This document shows positions 60,279-64,000 of a DNA stretch of 64,000 nucleotides, piece after piece. Below the pieces are notes generated by a model that was not told the DNA's origin, made no database searches, and was given only the letters and a program-made list of their open reading frames with translations. Source of the stretch: Candidatus Krumholzibacteriota bacterium (GTDB lineage Bacteria; Krumholzibacteriota; Krumholzibacteriia; JAJRXK01); assembly GCA_963727455.1 (NCBI GenBank), contig CAVSGG010000005.1, positions 96,001 to 160,000 on the forward strand, read 5' to 3'. The position numbers and the translations under genes were made by a program. Within the stretch, counting starts at the first letter, position 1. Each line of letters opens with the position of its first letter.

Positions 60279-60707
60279 TCAGGAGCGCGGCCGAAGTCGG
60301 ACTAGGAGGGCTCCCGCTCCGCCCTCGCGGAGCGGCGCCTCCTCGAAACCTGCGACCAGTTCGGGGTGCTCCTCCAGCCAACCGCGGACCGCCGGGGCCA
60401 GCACCGGGATACCGTCCGGCGATCCCCGCCCTTTCCCAACTACCACGATCAACTCCTGAGTACCCAGTGCCTGTTTGGCGATGAGGAAGCCGTGCAGTCG
60501 ACTCAGCGCCAGGTCCAAGGGCATCTTGCGCAGCATGAGGCGTGGGCGAGGGGGGGAGGGGTTCTCGGAGCGCGCAGTCCGGCGGGAGCGCATTTTCGCT
60601 TGCTCGGGTGCGGGAGTTTCCGCGCTGGGGGGATGCTCGGCGAGGTGCCGCAGCATCTCTTTCCGGACCTCCTGCGGGTCGCTTTTCTGCTTTCTTCGCT
60701 TCGCCAT
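60279..60707 (-). CDS. Stand-alone Smr/MutS2 domain protein
   Basis: LIVVVGKGRGS, VL...VRGWL, GGAGALLVRL. Confidence 0.8.
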   Translation of the reverse strand: MAKRRKQKSDPQEVRKEMLRHLAEHPPSAETPAPEQAKMRSRRTARSENPSPPRPRLMLRKMPLDLALSRLHGFLIAKQALGTQELIVVVGKGRGSPDGIPVLAPAVRGWLEEHPELVAGFEEAPLREGGAGALLVRLRPRS

Positions 60708-60768
60708 GGCGCAACCTGGGCAGGGAAATTGACAAGGGGCTGCTCCCATGCTACTTCATACGCGGCAT

Positions 60769-60845
60769 GGGGATGTAGCTCAGTTTGGGAGAGCGCCTCG
60801 TTCGCAACGAGGAGGTCGGCGGTTCGAGCCCGCTCATCTCCACCA
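60769..60845 (+). tRNA. tRNA-Ala(CGC)
   Basis: CCTCG-TT-CGC-AA-CGAGG anticodon arm, G3-U70 pair, CCA; TTGACA upstream at 60729. Confidence 0.95.
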
Positions 60846-60927
60846 GATCTCGATTGCTCCAGCGTAGATTCTGCCACGCCAAAGGCGGGCCAAGAGCCCG
60901 CGCATCTCGAGGCGGAACACGCGAGTT

Positions 60928-61027
60928 TGGGCCAGGTCCTGCGCAGCATCAGCTTGCTAATCCGGTCAGGACTGGAAGGTAGCAGCCGCGTGCGAGTCCT
61001 GTTGCGTGCCGCAGGTCGCCTGGCCCA
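60928..61027 (+). ncRNA. ffs: Signal recognition particle RNA
   Basis: GGTCAGGACTGGAAGGTAGCAGCC helix-8 motif inside a long TGGGCCAGG...CCTGGCCCA stem, directly upstream of dnaX. Confidence 0.9.
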
Positions 61028-61068
61028 TCTTCTCCTCACGGGCGAAGAGCCCACAGCTCTGGGTCATC

Positions 61069-62799
61069 ATGTCCTATCAGGTGCTCGCGCGCAGATGGCG
61101 CCCCCAGACTTTCGGCGACATCGTCGGCCAGGAACATGTGACTACCACCTTGGGCAACGCCTTGGCCAAGGGTCGAGTGGCGCATGCCTACCTCTTCACC
61201 GGTCCCCGTGGCTGTGGCAAGACGACCATGGCGCGACTCTTGGCGAAGGCACTGAATTGCGACGAGGGTCCGACCGCGACCCCGTGCGGAGTTTGTCCCG
61301 CCTGTAAGGGAATCGCAGAAGGTACCCTGCTGGATGTCCTGGAGATCGACGCGGCCTCGCACACCGGAGTCGACAACATCCGCGAGCTGCGAGAAAACGC
61401 GCAGTACCAACCATCCGCTGGCAAGAAACGCATCTTCATCATCGATGAAGTGCACATGCTGAGCAAAGGCGCGTTCAACGCCCTCTTGAAGACGCTCGAG
61501 GAGCCGCCGGAACACGTCCACTTCATCTTCGCCACGACCGAGCCGACGCGGATTCCGCGCACCATTCTCTCGCGTTGCCAGCGCTTCGACTTTCGTCTCT
61601 TCACGCTCCAGGAAATTCGCCAGCGGCTCGAGCTCATCGTGAAGGACGAGAAGCGCGAGGTCAGCGAGGAAGCGTTGGAGCTGCTCGCGGCCATGGCCGA
61701 AGGAAGCATGCGCGACGCGTTGAGTCTTCTCGATCAGGCATTTTCCTCAGTGGAAGGAAAGCTGGAGAAGGACGCGCTGATGGGGCTCTTCGGGCTCGCC
61801 GGCCCGGATACCTATCTGGCTCTCAACGACGCCATTCTGGCGAGAGACAGCCGGGCGGGACTGGACCTGGTGGACGAGCTCAATCAATCGGGATTCGACC
61901 TGGTCGATTTCGCGCGCGGACTGGTGGGGAATTTCCGTGACCTTCTGCTGATCTGCCTCGATGAGGAGCTGGCGACGCGAGTGGAAAAGCCGGAAGCGGT
62001 GAAGCGGCGGATGCAGGAGCAGGCTCGCGAGTTCTCGCCGCAAGACCTACTGTTCCTCACGCAACGTGCGGCGGAGAACTACAGTCGCCTGGAACGGGCT
62101 CCCCAGCCGCGTTGGCTGTTGGAGGCTCAGATCGTCGAATACACGCGCATGGAGAGCCAAGTCTTGCTGAGTGAGATCTTGGGCCGGCTGGAGGAACTGC
62201 AGGAGGATGGCCAAGGTGGTGCCAGCTCCAACCGCCCCGGCGGCGGGCGTACCAGCGCTCAGGCCGGCGCCAAGCAAGAGAAAGCGCGCGCGAAAGGCGC
62301 GAGCCAGAGGCGATCCTCAGCACCCGGCGACGCGGCCGCCGCGAAATCCACGTCGCGTCCCGCCGCGCGCATGGCGGACTCTCCCGATCTGATGGCTTCG
62401 ATGGAAGACGATACCACCGCCGCCTTTTCGAGTCTGGCGAGTCGCGCTTGTGCGGAAAACATGGGATTGGGTACCTGTCTTTTGAATGCGGTGCCTCAGG
62501 TCGAGGGCGACCACCTGCTCCTGAAGTTCGCCCCCGAGCATGCATTTCACCGCGGGCAGCTGGAAGATAAGAAGGTGTTGAGCTGGCTGAGTTCTCTGAC
62601 GGCAGATTGTTTCGGGAGAACCTTGAAGATCGAGACCGTGCTGTCGCGGCCCGATTCCGTAGAGAATCTGCGGCGATCGCGAGTGCAACGGGAAATCGCT
62701 CCTACCGCGAAGCAGAGGGTCGAGAAGCTCAGCCAGGAGCATCCAGGATTGAATCGCCTGCTCACGGGCCTGGGCGGCCAGGTCAGCGACGAGAGCTGA
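61069..62799 (+). CDS. dnaX: DNA polymerase III subunit gamma/tau
   Basis: SYQVLARRWRPQTF, GPRGCGKTT, IIDEVHML, SRC. Confidence 0.96.
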   Translation: MSYQVLARRWRPQTFGDIVGQEHVTTTLGNALAKGRVAHAYLFTGPRGCGKTTMARLLAKALNCDEGPTATPCGVCPACKGIAEGTLLDVLEIDAASHTGVDNIRELRENAQYQPSAGKKRIFIIDEVHMLSKGAFNALLKTLEEPPEHVHFIFATTEPTRIPRTILSRCQRFDFRLFTLQEIRQRLELIVKDEKREVSEEALELLAAMAEGSMRDALSLLDQAFSSVEGKLEKDALMGLFGLAGPDTYLALNDAILARDSRAGLDLVDELNQSGFDLVDFARGLVGNFRDLLLICLDEELATRVEKPEAVKRRMQEQAREFSPQDLLFLTQRAAENYSRLERAPQPRWLLEAQIVEYTRMESQVLLSEILGRLEELQEDGQGGASSNRPGGGRTSAQAGAKQEKARAKGASQRRSSAPGDAAAAKSTSRPAARMADSPDLMASMEDDTTAAFSSLASRACAENMGLGTCLLNAVPQVEGDHLLLKFAPEHAFHRGQLEDKKVLSWLSSLTADCFGRTLKIETVLSRPDSVENLRRSRVQREIAPTAKQRVEKLSQEHPGLNRLLTGLGGQVSDES

Positions 62800-62825
62800 A
62801 CTCCCCTTCAACGAGGAACGACAGC

Positions 62826-63134
62826 ATGGACATGAACCAGTTGATGAAGCAAGCCCAGCAGATGCAACAGCAGATGAAGAAGGCGCAGGAGGAGCTCGCG
62901 GAAAAGACCGTCGCGGCGGAGAGCGGGGGAGGGATGGTCAAGGTCGAACTCAACGGCAAGCAGGAGCTCGTCTCCATTCATATCGATCCCAAGGCGCTCG
63001 ACGCCGAGGAGGTCGACCTGCTCGAGGATCTCATCCTGGCCGCGGTGCAAGAGGGGCAGCGCAAAGTTGCCCAGATGAGCGAGGCATCCCTCGGGAAGAT
63101 CACCGGCGGACTCGGATTCCCCGGGCTCTTCTAG
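62826..63134 (+). CDS. ybaB: Nucleoid-associated protein YbaB/EbfC
   Basis: MKQAQQMQ, SGGGMV, LEDLILAA; lies between dnaX and recR. Confidence 0.93.
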   Translation: MDMNQLMKQAQQMQQQMKKAQEELAEKTVAAESGGGMVKVELNGKQELVSIHIDPKALDAEEVDLLEDLILAAVQEGQRKVAQMSEASLGKITGGLGFPGLF

Positions 63135-63144
63135 GCGTCGGGCG

Positions 63145-63756
63145 ATGGAACGACATTTCCTCGGCTCCCCGCGACTCGAACATCTGGTCAAGCTCTTCTC
63201 GCGCTTTCCCGGCATTGGCAGGAAATCCGCCACGAGGATGGCCTTGCACGTCCTGGCCCGGCCTCAAGAAGAGGCGATGGAGCTGGTGGAGAGTCTGCGC
63301 GAGGTCACCCGCCGCGTCCGCAGCTGCGAGAGATGTGGCGCCATCTCCGAAGAGGCGAGTTGCGAACTCTGTCGCGATCCTCAACGCCAGGCTGCGCTCT
63401 TGTGCGTGGTCGAACAACCCACCGACATCTTTTCCTTGGAAAAAGCGGCCGTTTTCCGCGGCCGCTACCACGTTCTGGGAGGGCTGCTCTCTCCATTGGA
63501 CGGAGTGGAAGCCTCCGATCTGCGACTCGCTCCTTTGCGCCAGCGCGTGGAGGAGGAGGGCGTCAAGGAGGTCGTGCTTGCCCTGCCCGGAAGCGTGGAA
63601 GGTGAGGCGACCTCTCTCTACGTGGCCCGTCTCCTGGCGGACAGCGGGGCCAGCACCAGTCGCTTGGCGACCGGTATCCCCGTGGGGGGGCAACTCGAAT
63701 ACGTGGACGAAGTGACCCTGGAACGGGCCTTCTCTGGCCGTCGCCCCCTGGACTGA
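63145..63756 (+). CDS. recR: Recombination protein RecR
   Basis: PGIGRKSA, C4 zinc finger, YHVLGG, EGEAT, GIPVGG.LEYVD. Confidence 0.95.
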   Translation: MERHFLGSPRLEHLVKLFSRFPGIGRKSATRMALHVLARPQEEAMELVESLREVTRRVRSCERCGAISEEASCELCRDPQRQAALLCVVEQPTDIFSLEKAAVFRGRYHVLGGLLSPLDGVEASDLRLAPLRQRVEEEGVKEVVLALPGSVEGEATSLYVARLLADSGASTSRLATGIPVGGQLEYVDEVTLERAFSGRRPLD

Positions 63757-63936
63757 ATCACTTTCGCTTTATTTGCTCTGTTCGATCCTCGCGCGCCCAG
63801 CTCGGGGTGTGAGCTTCTCTGTGCATGCTTCTTGCGTATCAGCGAGGCGTTCCCGGGAGATTGCGGGTTCGCGGTGCTCTCACCACGACGCTCTCCCCTT
63901 TGCACGGGCCGCGCCGTCCGATCTTCCAAATCTCAA

Positions 63937-63959
63937 AAGTCCTTCTTCAAGAAGGACTT
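63937..63959. promoter_or_regulatory. Perfect 11-1-11 palindrome AAGTCCTTCTT-C-AAGAAGGACTT
   Basis: Read directly; ~30 bp upstream of a GAGG-preceded ATG at 63988. Confidence 0.45.
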
Positions 63960-64000
63960 AGCTGAGTAAGAGTGGAGCGAGGCAAACATGGTCAAGGCCG

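Noticed and set aside
61069-62799. Programmed dnaX gamma frameshift
   Set aside because: No A-AAA-AAG slippery site or long A/T run was seen after domain III.

Overview
A GC-rich bacterial chromosomal segment. FlgD-Ig/T9SS-like C-terminal domains and a short C-terminal motif suggest an FCB-superphylum lineage such as Krumholzibacteriota, Eisenbacteria or Latescibacterota, but this is inference only. The first ~12.5 kb is an accessory-looking block of secreted proteins around an M1 aminopeptidase and tnaA. The remainder is mostly housekeeping: pepT, a POT/MFS transporter, comM, murB, tonB-exbB-exbD, mnmA, an AsmA-family gene, a cyclophilin, tadA, ffs-dnaX-ybaB-recR and 7 tRNAs. Most notable observations: (1) a dinB + degenerate, apparently catalytically dead DnaE-like gene + lexA operon, with two AAAC-N4-GTTT boxes over its promoter; (2) an archaeal-type gatE-gatD amidotransferase pair in a bacterium; (3) four unrelated signal-peptide proteins that all end in [ST]-[WFM]-G-x-x-K-[AS]-x-Y-stop; (4) a 56-aa histone-fold gene missed by the ORF track; (5) a G11 tract inside a promoter spacer; (6) clustered palindromes flanking one secreted-protein gene; (7) an orphan BMC-T shell gene. 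At least five genes carry single-base frameshifts that look like assembly indels. No CRISPR array, rRNA, integrase or transposase was recognised.
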